The notes under the pieces are model-generated. The model ran no database searches, was not told the DNA's origin, and saw nothing but the letters and a program-made list of their open reading frames with translations. The position numbers and the translations under genes are program-made. From an uncultured delta proteobacterium (GTDB taxonomy: Bacteria > Desulfobacterota > Binatia > UBA9968), in contig CAVWLW010000054.1 of NCBI GenBank assembly GCA_963755715.1, positions 142,723 to 206,722 on the forward strand: a DNA stretch of 64,000 bases, given 5' to 3'. This document shows positions 42,679-53,787 of the stretch, piece after piece; the stretch's first letter is position 1, and every line of letters begins with the position of its first letter.

Positions 42679-43656
42679 ATGCTGGTGCTTTCGGAGCAAC
42701 AAGTTCAGAGCCTCATCGATATCGACGAACTCATCGACGCCTTGGCACAAGCGCACGTCCAGTACTCCACGGGCAAGGCCGTTATGCCAGTGCGTTTGGT
42801 CGTGCCGCTACCGCAGATTCAAGGACGCATCACCAGCATGCCCGGCTTTCTGACTGAAGATAAAGCCCTCGGCATGAAGGTTGTGACCTATTTTCAGGAC
42901 AATCCCAAAAATAACCTGCCGGCAATTCTCGCAACTATCATGCTGTTCAGCGCCGAGACTGGCAAGATCATCGCGACCCTGGACGGCAGCTACATCACAG
43001 CGATTCGCACCGCTTGTGCTTCGGCTATGGCAACCAAAGCTTTGGCCAACCCGCAAAACGGAGTGCTAGGAATTTTGGGCGCAGGCGTCCAGGCACGGAC
43101 GCATATCCAAGCGCTGACCCGTGTGCGCAAGATCGAAAAGATCAAGCTCTACAGTCCATCCGGCGCCAGTGCGGCGGCCGTCAAGAAAGAAATGGAATCG
43201 CAAGTTAAGTGCGCTATCGACGTCGCTAACAGCGCCGAGGAAGCCGTCCGCGGCGCCGATCTCGTCGTCACCGCGACAACTGCCAAAGAACCGATCCTAA
43301 GATCCGCATGGCTCAAGCCCGGCGTGCACATCAACGCCGTCGGCTCGCACCGGCCGGATCTACGTGAAATCGACGGCGCGACTCTGGCACGCGCGAAAAT
43401 TATCGTCGATTCCCGGGATGCGATTATGGCCGAATGCGGCGACATCCTGCTGGCGCTAAAAGAGAAAAGCATTGCCGAGAATGCCATCCACGCCGAGATC
43501 GGCGAAGTGCTCGCCAAGGTTAAGCCCGGACGAACTGACCAGGATGAAATCACGCTCTACAAGTCGGTCGGTATTGCGATCCAAGACGTCGCCGCGGCCA
43601 ATCTGGTTTATCGCAAAGCACTCGATAAAGGCGTGGGTACAACGGTCGAACTTTAA
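42679..43656 (+). CDS. Ornithine cyclodeaminase/mu-crystallin family protein
   Basis: ITAIRTACAS, GILGAGVQA, HINAVGS, YKSVGIAIQD. Confidence 0.9.
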   Translation: MLVLSEQQVQSLIDIDELIDALAQAHVQYSTGKAVMPVRLVVPLPQIQGRITSMPGFLTEDKALGMKVVTYFQDNPKNNLPAILATIMLFSAETGKIIATLDGSYITAIRTACASAMATKALANPQNGVLGILGAGVQARTHIQALTRVRKIEKIKLYSPSGASAAAVKKEMESQVKCAIDVANSAEEAVRGADLVVTATTAKEPILRSAWLKPGVHINAVGSHRPDLREIDGATLARAKIIVDSRDAIMAECGDILLALKEKSIAENAIHAEIGEVLAKVKPGRTDQDEITLYKSVGIAIQDVAAANLVYRKALDKGVGTTVEL

Positions 43657-43685
43657 TTTAACCCGAGACGCTAAATTTTAAGAAC

Positions 43686-45491
43686 ATGCCCTGGGATCTC
43701 ACGAGTTACTTTCCGGCCTTCAACGGCCCGGAGATGCTTCAGTTCAAAGCAGCAATCCACAAGGATATTGCCGCGCTGCGGCAACGCGCCGCCGGCCTTG
43801 CGACTTTGAACGATGAATCAGCTTCAGCTTGGGAAGCTATTTTGCTCGATAGCGAAGATCTATCGCGGCGCATGTCGCACCTGAATTCTTACGTCAGTTG
43901 CCTCGCTTCCTCCGATGCCCATAACGAAGCTTACCGGAACGAAGAAGCGGAGCTCACGCGCAGCCGCGCCGAGCTTGCCAAGGTTCGCATCGAGCTGTTG
44001 CGCGCGTTAAAAAATATCCCGGAGCAGACGTTTGCCGATTTTCTGAAAAAGCCGTCGCTCAGCGACGCTCGGAACTATTTAAATCGGCTGCGCGAGGAAG
44101 CGGGCCGCGCCATGTCCAGCGACAAGGAAGCACTGGCGACCGATCTCGGCATCGACGGCATTCAGGCCTGGGGCCAGCTGTACGACACGGTGTCGTCGAA
44201 ACTAGAGTTCGACATGGTTTTCCCGGACGGTACGCGCAAAACAATTACCGATGTCGCAACGCCGCTCGCTAATGGATAATCCCGACCGGCGCGTGCGCAA
44301 AGCCGCCTTCGACGGCGGCAACGCGGCGTGGCAAACGATCGAGGATGCGGCGGCGAGCGCGCTCAACGCCATCGCCGGGACTCGATTGACGCTCAATCGC
44401 CACCGCGGCGTCAACCACTTCCTCGATATCGCGTTATTCCAAGCCGCAATTACGCGTCAGACGCTCGACGCCATGTTTGAAGCGCTTATACGCGAACTTG
44501 GAAATTCCCCGGCGTATTCTTCGCTTCAAGGCAGGACTGATGGGGCGGCAGTCGCTGAGTTGGTACGATCTCGGCGCGCCGCTGGATTTGCCCAATGCCG
44601 AGAAGCTTTCCTGGGAAAAGGCCAAGTCCATGGTCGGCGCATCGTTCAGCCGCGCCTATCCCGCTCTCGGCGATTTTTTTCAAGGACAAGTGATCGCCAA
44701 AAACTGGGTCGACTGGGAGCCGCGCGCGGGAAAGAGACCCGGTGGTTTTTGCACCAGCTCGATGCTGAGCAAGGAATCGCGAATCTTCATGACCTATAAC
44801 GAATCGCTGGGCGACGTGCTCACCTTGGCTCATGAGTCGGGCCACGCCTATCACGGCTTTCTGATGCGCGACCTGCGTCCTTTCGCGCGCGGCTATCCGA
44901 TGACTTTGGCTGAAACCGCTTCGACCTTCGGCGAGCAAGTGCTGATGAACGGTTGCCTCGACGATCCGACCCTAACCGACCAGCAAAAAGCGCTCATGCT
45001 CGACGTCGAGGTCGGTCACGGCGCCATCTATCTTTTGGACATTCCCGTGCGCTACGAATTTGAAAAAGCCTTCTACGAGGAGCGCGCAAAAAATCCCGTG
45101 AGCGTTTCACGCCTCAAACAATTGATGATCGACAGCCCAACGGCGCGTGCTCGGCGACACTTTGGAATCAGGCGGAGAAGATCCTTACTTCTGGGCTTCC
45201 AAGCTGCATTTCTATATCACGGGTCTTACTTTTTATAATTTTCCTTACACCTTCGGCTATCTTCTGAGCCGCGGCCTTTACGCCCTGTTCAAAAAGCAGG
45301 GAGCGAGTTTCCTAACGAAATACGAAGAATTTCTCCGCCTTGCCGGCAGCGATACGGCGGAGAACGTCGTCAAGCGAGCGGTCGGCGAGGACATCGAACA
45401 AGTGACTTTCTGGACTGAGGCGATTCGAAGCTTAGAAGAACCGTTGAATCGTTTGCAGGCCCTCGCACCGAAGGTTTTACCTGGCAGCTAA
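43686..45491 (+). CDS. M3 family oligoendopeptidase F-like; three +1 frameshifts (~44240, ~44490, ~45137)
   Basis: PWDL start, WYDL.AP, GKRPGGFC, TLAHESGHAYH, LAETASTF, FYNFPYTFG. Confidence 0.88.
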
Positions 45492-45539
45492 CGGCATCAT
45501 CTCAACTCGAAACCAGGAACCGTAAACTAGAGACTCCGC

Positions 45540-46791
45540 CTACCCCATTCCTTCGATCAGCGCCGTGCGCACGAAGATCGATGGCATTGAGCGTCATGCG
45601 CGAGCGGTCGTAAGCGCCGCGCCCGGCGCTGGTGCCCTCGCGTTGCAGGAATCGCCTGCCGTCTGTGAGCGAGACATAAGTCTGGCCGCTCGCGAGATTT
45701 TGCAGCTTGCTGTTAGGGTCGGCGATGGCGTGCAACGCCAGGCCTAAATTGCAGCCGGATTGTTCGCGCGCAGCCCAGGCCAACTCATTGGTCAATTCGA
45801 CCGGATCCTTTAGCAACGAGTCGACCTTCTGCGGATCGCGCGCATGCTTCAGCAAGGTGCGCACGGCCGCTTCGTTGTTGCAGATGAAGCCGGCGCCGAA
45901 GTGTTCCGTGCTCGCTGTCTGCAGCCGCTCTGCCAACTGGCCGCCGGTTAAATCTTCACACGTGGCCACGGTCTTATTCTGCTCGCGCAACAACCGGCCG
46001 ACCACCTGCTCCATGTTCTCGTCGTCCGCCGCAAATATCGCGTTGCCCAACAGGCCGCGCACTTCCGCCTCCACTGGAGCGATCATTTTCATCGCCTCGT
46101 CTCGATTGGCAGCCTTGGCGGCGATGCGCACGTCGACCTGGCCGGGCAGGGCTAGAACTCCGACCGTGGGATTGCTCGAGTTGGCGATCAAATGACCGAC
46201 CTTGTCGTCGACGGCGCTCTCGCCGATGCCGACGATCTTGAGCACCCGATAGTGAATCACTTCCGCCAGGTTGAACTTCTTGCGCAAATAAGGCTCGACC
46301 TCGTTTTCGAACAGCCACTTCATTTCCACGGGCACGCCGGGAAGACAGTAAATCACGCCGCGCGGCCCTTCGACGATGAAACAGGGCGCCGTACCGTTGG
46401 GGTTTTTGATCGGAATCGCTCCTTCCGGCATATAAGATTGTCTAATGTTGTTCGGCGTCATTGTCCGACCGCGGCGGCGAAAGTGTTCTTCGACTTGGGC
46501 CAACATTCCCGGATCTTGCACCAACTTGCGGTCGGTCACTTCGGCAACGATCTCGCGGGTGAGATCATCCTGCGTCGGACCGACGCCACCGCTGGTGATG
46601 ACGATATCGGCGCGTTCCAACGCGCGCGCAATCACTTCCTTCATGCGTCCGGGATTGTCGCCGACGACGGACTTGAAGTACAGATTCACGCCCAGCGCCG
46701 TCAGCCGCTGCGCCATCCAAGCCGAGTTGGTATCGACGATCTGTCCGAGCAGGAGCTCGGAGCCGATTGCCACGATCTCTGCAGTAGCCAT
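45540..46791 (-). CDS. cinA: CinA family protein (molybdopterin-binding domain + degenerate PncC domain); +1 frameshift near 45575
   Basis: IGSELLLGQIVDTN, VGDN, SGGVGPTQDDLT, LPGVP.EM, CEDLTGG; corrected end NAIDLVRTALIEGMG*. Confidence 0.85.
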
Positions 46792-46905
46792 AAAAAGATT
46801 CTCCTCGATCCAACCAAAATTTATACCGCAGCCCGAGCGCGAGACACAAGTCGAGACGGTCGCGCCGCGCTTGTCCGCATCGCCGTTCTTTGCCAGAATG
46901 CGCCC

Positions 46906-47655
46906 ATGATCATCCTGCTTTGCAATGACGATGGCATCTATTCCGAAGGGCTCACCGCCGTCGAGGCCGCTCTGCGCGAGGTCGGCGAGATTTATACGGT
47001 GGCGCCGGATCGAGCGCAAAGCTCCATGAGCCATGCCCTGACCCTACATCGCCCGCTGCGCGTGCAAGAACTGGCGCCGCGGCGCCTGGCAGTGGACGGC
47101 ACCCCCGTCGATTGCGTGAAACTCTCACTGACCGGTCTCTTGCCGGTAAGACCTAATTTGGTGATTTCGGGGATCAACAAGGGACCGAATCTCGGCGATG
47201 ATATCATTTATTCCGGCACCGTTTCAGCCGCTATCGAAGGCGCGCTGCTGGGTATTCCGGCGATCGCTGTTTCCCTCGTAACGTTTAAGGATTTTGATTT
47301 CCGCGCCGCGGCGGAATTCACCGCCGAACTGGTCGAGCGCATCGCCGAGCGCGGCATTCCGGCAAAAACGCTGCTCAACGTCAACGTTCCGCCCGGCTTA
47401 AAAAATAATCTCAAAGGCTGGCGCGCGACGCGCATGGGCAAGCGCCATTACAGCGAAACGATCGTCGAGCGAGTCGATCCGCGCGGCGGCAAATATTACT
47501 GGATTGGCGGCGACGATCTGGGATTCGCCGACGAGGAAGGAACGGACTGCAAAGCGGTGAGCGAAGGCTATATTTCAGTGACGCCGTTGCAGGTCGACTT
47601 GACCGATTACAAGTTATTACAGAACAGCACCCTGCCGAAATTTTCCTGGCCATAA
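46906..47655 (+). CDS. surE: 5'/3'-nucleotidase SurE
   Basis: ILLCNDDGI, VAP, DGTPVDCV, SGINKGPNLG, YSGTVSAA.EG, LNVNVP, SVTPL. Confidence 0.96.
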   Translation: MIILLCNDDGIYSEGLTAVEAALREVGEIYTVAPDRAQSSMSHALTLHRPLRVQELAPRRLAVDGTPVDCVKLSLTGLLPVRPNLVISGINKGPNLGDDIIYSGTVSAAIEGALLGIPAIAVSLVTFKDFDFRAAAEFTAELVERIAERGIPAKTLLNVNVPPGLKNNLKGWRATRMGKRHYSETIVERVDPRGGKYYWIGGDDLGFADEEGTDCKAVSEGYISVTPLQVDLTDYKLLQNSTLPKFSWP

Positions 47656-47677
47656 ATTTCTGCGCGTAGCAGTTTCC

Positions 47678-48085
47678 ATGGACGGCGACAAAAATCGTGA
47701 TGCGGACGTCAGAGTCGACAAATGGCTCTGGGCCGCGCGCTTTTTCAAGACGCGATCCCTGGCGGCCGAGGCCGTGAGCGGCGGTAAGATTGAAATCAAC
47801 GGCGAGCGAGTGAAGCCAAGCCGTGTAGTCCGCATCGGCGACAAGGTCGGCATCCGACGCGGCCCGTACGAGTGGACAATTATCGTCAAAGCCACGGCGC
47901 GGCTGCGCGGCCCCGTGGCTCAAGCACAACAACTCTACGAAGAAACCGAAGCAAGCCGGCGCAAACGCGAAGCCGCGATTGCGCAACTAAGGCTCGAGCG
48001 GCCGCCAGAGCTCGACATCCCTGGTCGGCCATCGAAGAAAGATCGGCGCTCCATCCAACGTTTTACGAAACGAGGCTGGTCTTAG
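47678..48085 (+). CDS. hslR: Ribosome-associated heat shock protein Hsp15 (S4 domain)
   Basis: RVDKWLWAARFFKTRSLA, LYEET, GRPSKKDRR. Confidence 0.93.
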   Translation: MDGDKNRDADVRVDKWLWAARFFKTRSLAAEAVSGGKIEINGERVKPSRVVRIGDKVGIRRGPYEWTIIVKATARLRGPVAQAQQLYEETEASRRKREAAIAQLRLERPPELDIPGRPSKKDRRSIQRFTKRGWS

Positions 48086-48166
48086 CGCCCGCGCGTGATT
48101 TCAATTCGCATTGATTTAAAAGGGTGGAGTGATAAGGCACTAGCACTTCAATTAACGAGGGCTTGG

Positions 48167-49225
48167 ATGATGCAAAAACTTCCCGTCGCCGTAGGTACCA
48201 TTATCATCGCCTTGCTGGTCTGGGCGCCGCTTTTCGCCCAGTCCGCGCCTTACTTCCAAGGCAAAACCATTTTGCTGATCCAGGGGCGCGAGCCCGGCGG
48301 CACCGGCGCGCTGCGCGTCCAGGCGGCGATTCCGTTTCTCAAAAAATACCTGCCGGGTGAGCCGATCATCGTCACCCAGTTTATGCCGGGCGGCGGCGGC
48401 CGAAAGGCGACGAATTACGTTTATCGCAACGCCAAACCCGATGGTCTCACCCTCGGCAACGTAGGTTCGGGGTTGGTCGCCAACGCCGTGCTCGGTTCGA
48501 TCGGCGTCGAGTATGATATCGACAAGATGATTTATCTTGGCGCATCGAACAGCACGGCGCAGTACGTCTTCGGTTCCGTGGCCAAGCTGGGCCTGGACAG
48601 CTTGGAAAAATTGCGCGCTCGTCCAGGGGTTCGCGTCGGCGCGCAGACCGTCGGACACGACATCTATATCAACGGCAGGCTCTTTTCCTGGATACTCGGC
48701 CTTAAGGATCCGAAGTTTGTCACGGGCTATTCCGGGCCGGAGCTCGATCTCGCAATGGATCGGGGAGAGCTCGACGCGCGCGCGAATATTCCTGACACGG
48801 TCTTGCAGCGATCCGCCGACCACGTGGAGAAGCGGCTCATGAATTATCATGCGATCATTCAGATCCCTAAAGACGATCGCCATCCTCATCCGGCCTTTAA
48901 CAGATTGCCGGAATTGGAAACTTTCGCGAAGAGCGATAGAGAACAAAAAATCATGACGATGTTTCGTACTTTTCGACTCGTTGGCTCGCCCTACATTTTG
49001 CCGCCCGGCACGCCGCCGGAGGCGATCCATCTCTGGCGCGAGGCGATGCGCAAAACTTTTAAAGACCCGGCGTTCTTAAAGGAATTCAAAAGGCTTTCCG
49101 CCGACGATGCCACGCCGCTCTTGCCCGAAGCGCAAGAAAAAGTGATCAAAGACATTCCGCGCGATTCTGACGTAATCGCGCTGTTCAACAAGATCGCCGG
49201 CAGCGAGCCCTTGCCGCCGCGCTAG
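48167..49225 (+). CDS. Tripartite tricarboxylate transporter substrate-binding protein (Bug/TctC-like), orphan
   Basis: Signal peptide, YFQGKTI, PGG, MPGGGG, KPDGLTL, GYSG.E..LAMDRGELD, PPGTP. Confidence 0.82.
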   Translation: MMQKLPVAVGTIIIALLVWAPLFAQSAPYFQGKTILLIQGREPGGTGALRVQAAIPFLKKYLPGEPIIVTQFMPGGGGRKATNYVYRNAKPDGLTLGNVGSGLVANAVLGSIGVEYDIDKMIYLGASNSTAQYVFGSVAKLGLDSLEKLRARPGVRVGAQTVGHDIYINGRLFSWILGLKDPKFVTGYSGPELDLAMDRGELDARANIPDTVLQRSADHVEKRLMNYHAIIQIPKDDRHPHPAFNRLPELETFAKSDREQKIMTMFRTFRLVGSPYILPPGTPPEAIHLWREAMRKTFKDPAFLKEFKRLSADDATPLLPEAQEKVIKDIPRDSDVIALFNKIAGSEPLPPR

Positions 49226-49324
49226 AACCTCGGAGCTTGCGGCGCAGCGCTCGTCGGAGAATCGCTCGGGCCGAACGGTCAATCCACTCCTCAACTAATT
49301 TTCATGTACGGAGAATGACACGTC

Positions 49325-49663
49325 ATGATCGATGCCAAAATGATCACAACCGCCTTGGAATTGCCCGGCTACCGGGTCACCCGCAATCTCGGCGTGGTGC
49401 GCGGCATCATCGTGCGCTCGCGCAGCATCGTCGGCAACATCGGCGCGAGCCTACAGACGCTCGTCGGCGGCAATATTTCGATTTATACGAACCTGTGTGA
49501 AAAAGCGCGCGAAGATGCGCACCGTTTAATGGTCGAACACGCGGCCCAGCTCGGCGCCAACGCGATTATCGGCGTGCGCTACGACGCCAACGAGATCACC
49601 GCCGGGGTCACCGAAGTCCTGGCTTACGGCACGGCGGTTCACATCGACATTCAGCGGGGATGA
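49325..49663 (+). CDS. YbjQ/UPF0145 family protein
   Basis: [26 protein letters not shown]. Confidence 0.9.
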   Translation: MIDAKMITTALELPGYRVTRNLGVVRGIIVRSRSIVGNIGASLQTLVGGNISIYTNLCEKAREDAHRLMVEHAAQLGANAIIGVRYDANEITAGVTEVLAYGTAVHIDIQRG

Positions 49664-49760
49664 CTCTATTCAAAGACTAGCAAAGCGGAGACGGAGAATT
49701 TTTGGATCAGCTTCGAAGCCCGATCAAGCGCCAGATGGAAGGGCCACGAACGATCGGCGC

Positions 49761-50480
49761 TCAGCGCAGAACATCGGTCAACGCCTGCATCACGATGCCG
49801 CGATCGGGCACGATATTGAAGACATATTGAGCGGGCGTCAGCGCGGTGCTGCGCATTTTTTCAATTGTCAACGTGCGCACGAAGCGGCCGTTCGTGAGCG
49901 CCATTTCTAACACAAAGGTTCCCGATACCAGGTACTCTTCGATGCCACGCACGCTTCTCTCGACCGCGTAGGTGGTCAATAGATTCGTCGTATTGGTGTT
50001 GGCTTGAAGCCCATAGAACAGCAGGCGCGCTTGGTCGAGGACGCGCGTCATCGCGTCGCGGGTAAATAGCAGCGGCCCGACGGGATCGATGACCACGCGC
50101 GAGGCTCCCATCCGCGTGATGTAGTTGCCGAGGTCGGTAACCACGCGTTGCACGTCGACGTTTCGACTCTGACCGTCGCCGGCGCGGGCATTGAAATAAG
50201 CCGACGCGTCAAGAATCAAAAATTCCTTCGACTCGATAAACGGCGTCAAGTCCCAGCCCAACGACGCGGCTTGCTCGACGACATCGGCGGGCTTCTCGTC
50301 GATTGCGACGTAAAGCCCTTTTTCTTTCTCCATCAGGCCATTGACCAAGAACTGCAAACCGAAAACGGTTTTGCCGGTTCCCGGTTCGCCAACAACCAGA
50401 TAAGTTTTCCCAGCCCTGAGCCCGCCCTCGATCAGCATATCGAGTTCGGGAATTCCCGTCGGTATCCGTTTGCCTTTCAT
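49761..50480 (-). CDS. Single-domain KaiC/RAD55-like RecA-superfamily ATPase
   Basis: RIPTGIPELD, GEPGTGKT, RVVIDP, RTLTIEKMR. Confidence 0.88.
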   Translation of the reverse strand: MKGKRIPTGIPELDMLIEGGLRAGKTYLVVGEPGTGKTVFGLQFLVNGLMEKEKGLYVAIDEKPADVVEQAASLGWDLTPFIESKEFLILDASAYFNARAGDGQSRNVDVQRVVTDLGNYITRMGASRVVIDPVGPLLFTRDAMTRVLDQARLLFYGLQANTNTTNLLTTYAVERSVRGIEEYLVSGTFVLEMALTNGRFVRTLTIEKMRSTALTPAQYVFNIVPDRGIVMQALTDVLR

Positions 50481-50667
50481 AATCAAATGTTCTGGGAACG
50501 ACCTCAGTTAACTACGGCGGCAGATTGCCAAGTCTGGCGCATGGCCGGTGGAGCGACGCCAGTCGATAAGGCAAGATCTCGGGCCGCGGTCTGCTTGGCA
50601 ATCGCAGAGTTGCGTCATGTCGTCAAGAAATGGATTAAGTGTGAAACCCGGTCGATTTGTGCCGTGA

Positions 50668-52572
50668 TTAACGCCGGACCTTCCAGCGCCCGCTCTTCTC
50701 CCTTAATTCCGCCCGTGCCCGCTCGATATCCGCAGACATGCGCTCCTGCAGCGACTTGACCGGATCTTCGCCCTCGACCAATAGATCCCGTGGCCCTTCG
50801 CCTCCCGCCAATCGGTGCGCTCCGCGCGCCGCAGCCGCCAATCGAGAAGCCACCATGCTCGGACGATTCTCCGGTGGTGGCGCGTTCGTCGTTATGAGCT
50901 CGAGCGAAACCGCCGGGCTCTCGGGAACTCGCTCGGCCATGGAAAATTCCGACGACGTTAATCCCGTTTCGGCTCGCGCCACTTGCTCGATCAAACTTTG
51001 CACCTGTGCTTTCAAGTCGTGCAGCTCGCTATCGCGGCGGTCTACGGTAGCAGCGTTCTGGGCGAGCTGATTTTGCAGGTCGCGAAACTTCGCCTGTAGA
51101 TTCTCCTCGAAGCGATCCATGACGGCATAGCGCGCGGGCACATCGCCAAGCTGCGTCCGCAGCGTAATGAGCTCGGTCATTAGGCCCTCTCGTTGCTGCG
51201 CCGCCTGGGCAGTTTCGTTGATCATCAACGCGTGCGTCTGCTGGACTGTCGATTCTGTTTCTCTTAACCGCTGCGCCAGTCGTTGCAGTTGGGTTTCAAA
51301 CTCCCGCTGTTGAAGATCGCGAGTCCGAAAACTCTGTTGTTCGTGCGCCAGATAGTCCTGAATCGCTGCGATCTTCGTGCGCAGGGTTTCTTCGACGTTT
51401 TGCAGCAGCGCCGCGGCCGGTTGTAGTTGACTTTGCTGTTGGCTGAGCTCGGTCTTGATAGAACTGAGCTCAAGCCTGACTCCCGTGGTAGCCTGTTCTA
51501 TAGCGCCTTCGATATGAGCCATGCGATCAGCCAAGCTGTTTATTTCAGTGTCGACGTGACCCCGATCAACTTTTAACTCTTCGACGGCGCTCACCTCTTG
51601 GCGAATCGCATCCGCGAATTCGCGCAACCGGACTGCGACCCGGTCATCCACCTCGTGATTTAAGCGGTCGCGTTCGGTGGCGAAATCAACAGCGAGCGCC
51701 ATCGGCATCGTTTCGAGCCGTTCCGAGAAACGTTGAAGGTCGGATCGGAGCGCTCCCTGATCGGCGGCCAGGCGAGCGAGCGAACTGGTATTCTGCTCGA
51801 TTCCATCGCGCAACTCGTCGGCCCTTTTCTGTCCCTGTTCGTCGAGCCTTTGCACGATCGCATCCGTCGGTGCGTAATCGCGTAGCCGCTGGAAAACTTC
51901 CGCTTTAAGCGCCGCCGACTCTTCTTTGATAAATTCGCTGGCGAACTTCTCGGTGCGCTCGATTTCGCTTACCGTGTGGGTTTGAATTGTCTGGGTGGCA
52001 AGGTCCACGCGCGCAATGTGGTCCGTCAGGGATTGCAACGCAAGTTTGAGATCGACTATCTCGCTTATGGCGCGATCGAGACCTTCAGGTTTCGCAGGTT
52101 CCTGATTTTCCAGTTGCTCCACTCTGGCGACAAGATCGCTGGCAACTTTTTCAAAGCGTGAGTACTGAGTTTCAACGAGACTTTGACGCTCCCCCAATCC
52201 GGCTTGCAGTCGCGCCACTTCATGCTTGAGCAGCTCGGGCGCTTGGGTAAACTGCTGAGCCAGCGATTCGAGGCCGCCCATGCGCTCGAAAATGCTTTGC
52301 ATCGCCGCTTTCAGTTGCTCCAACTCATCGTTTTGGTGGGCCGCGCCAAAAGGCGCGTTCGGCGAGTTCTGCAGCTCCTGGATCTGCGCCAGTAAACTAG
52401 CCTCCAACTGTTTGAATTTGTCCGCGTGCTGCGCCTCGCTTGCGGCCAAGGCTTGCGCCAGGCCGAGATCCGCGGCCGCTCGCCCGACCAACCAGCCAAA
52501 CAAAACGTCTTTGCTCGCTCCGGCATTGCCGGGCTGAGCATTTGACACCTTGTCAGTCCCATCGTCTGTCAC
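50668..52572 (-). CDS. Long coiled-coil protein with degenerate internal repeats, function unknown
   Basis: 634-aa E/Q/L/A/R-rich ORF with no obvious TM segment, signal peptide or ATPase motif. Confidence 0.75.
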   Translation of the reverse strand: MTDDGTDKVSNAQPGNAGASKDVLFGWLVGRAAADLGLAQALAASEAQHADKFKQLEASLLAQIQELQNSPNAPFGAAHQNDELEQLKAAMQSIFERMGGLESLAQQFTQAPELLKHEVARLQAGLGERQSLVETQYSRFEKVASDLVARVEQLENQEPAKPEGLDRAISEIVDLKLALQSLTDHIARVDLATQTIQTHTVSEIERTEKFASEFIKEESAALKAEVFQRLRDYAPTDAIVQRLDEQGQKRADELRDGIEQNTSSLARLAADQGALRSDLQRFSERLETMPMALAVDFATERDRLNHEVDDRVAVRLREFADAIRQEVSAVEELKVDRGHVDTEINSLADRMAHIEGAIEQATTGVRLELSSIKTELSQQQSQLQPAAALLQNVEETLRTKIAAIQDYLAHEQQSFRTRDLQQREFETQLQRLAQRLRETESTVQQTHALMINETAQAAQQREGLMTELITLRTQLGDVPARYAVMDRFEENLQAKFRDLQNQLAQNAATVDRRDSELHDLKAQVQSLIEQVARAETGLTSSEFSMAERVPESPAVSLELITTNAPPPENRPSMVASRLAAAARGAHRLAGGEGPRDLLVEGEDPVKSLQERMSADIERARAELREKSGRWKVRR

Positions 52573-52644
52573 AGAATGCGCTCCTCAGCAGATGAATTTT
52601 GCTTGTCGTTCCGCGCGGACTCAGTAATTCTCCGGCTCGCTAGA

Positions 52645-52660
52645 AGCCAATTGTATGCCA
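52645..52660 (-). promoter_or_regulatory. Putative sigma54 promoter for the coiled-coil gene
   Basis: Minus strand TGGCATACAATTGGCT (GG-N10-GC), ~75 bp upstream of the start. Confidence 0.45.
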
Positions 52661-53258
52661 TCATCGTAGAGCGGAAAAATTCAACAAAACCAAAGGGATT
52701 TCTCGATTTGATTTGAGACTCAAAGAACCGCTTTGGTCGCAAATGGACATTTTGGAACCTAAAGCTGTCACGAAAGGAAAACTGAGAGCGACAGTCCGTA
52801 GAGATCATTCTTCGCTCGGCACAAACGATTGGCGCTCGAAGCGAAGCAATTCGACTCGCACGGCACGGAATGAGCGGGACAATGAGCTGCGTAAGCAATT
52901 TATTGCCGATCAAGAGATCCAATTGTGAGTCCTGACGTTTTTTCGCTTAACAAATTTTTGTCAGGCCGAAGTCATTTGTTGCCCTGTAATCGCACTACGC
53001 AAACCGGCTGGTAACCCGCGAATTCCGATTTTCATTTGATAAAAAAATCGAGCGATCGATCCGTCGGCTGAGTCCAGCGATTGTAATAAAGCCCAGGTTA
53101 CCGGATGTCAAAAAAACGTCAAACCGTACATCCCGATGCGAAATCTCGTACTACGCTCACCGCCCTTTGCCCGGCCCTGTACACCTTTGTGCTTCAACGA
53201 CATCGTTTGTCCGCCCATCGTGCTAAGGATTCCTATCTTTTTCCGATGCTTGCACTGA

Positions 53259-53274
53259 TGGCCGATATCTTGCT
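53259..53274 (+). promoter_or_regulatory. Putative sigma54 promoter for the chemosensory operon
   Basis: TGGCCGATATCTTGCT (GG-N10-GC with TTGCT), ~90 bp upstream of the first gene. Confidence 0.65.
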
Positions 53275-53362
53275 CGGTGTCTTCGACCTAGGCTTCGGCC
53301 CAGCCTTGTTTTTAGTAAGGCAATATGTCGGAGCCGACCGAGTCCGAGAAAGGTAGCCGCAC

Positions 53363-53734
53363 ATGGCATCTAGAAAAATCTTGCTCGTGGATGATTCCGA
53401 GACCGTCTTGCAGATGGAACAGATGATTCTGGCAAAGAGCTCCTACGAGCTGATCCTGGCCCGGGACGGCGAAGAAGGTGTCGCCAAAGCGCTGACGACT
53501 CAGCCGGATCTTATCTTGATGGATGTCGTCATGCCCAAAATGAATGGCTTCGAAGCCGTGAAACAGTTGCGCGAAAACGCCCAAACCCGAAGCGTTCCCA
53601 TCGTCATGGTCACCAGCAAAGCCGAAGCGGAGAGCATGGAAACCGGCTATCAAACCGGTTGCAGCGATTACATCATCAAGCCCATCGACCACCTCGAGCT
53701 GATGACGAAAGTAAAAAATCTGCTCGGTGAATAG
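53363..53734 (+). CDS. Single-domain response regulator (CheY-like)
   Basis: ILLVDD, DLILMDVVMP..NG, VTS, YIIKP. Confidence 0.92.
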   Translation: MASRKILLVDDSETVLQMEQMILAKSSYELILARDGEEGVAKALTTQPDLILMDVVMPKMNGFEAVKQLRENAQTRSVPIVMVTSKAEAESMETGYQTGCSDYIIKPIDHLELMTKVKNLLGE

Positions 53735-53787
53735 TCGGCGCGCTCGGCGCCCGGACTCATTGCAGATCAAGCACGGCAAAACAGCGC

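Noticed and set aside
49761-50480. Circadian clock KaiC
   Set aside because: Single RecA-like domain of ~240 aa and no kaiA/kaiB nearby.
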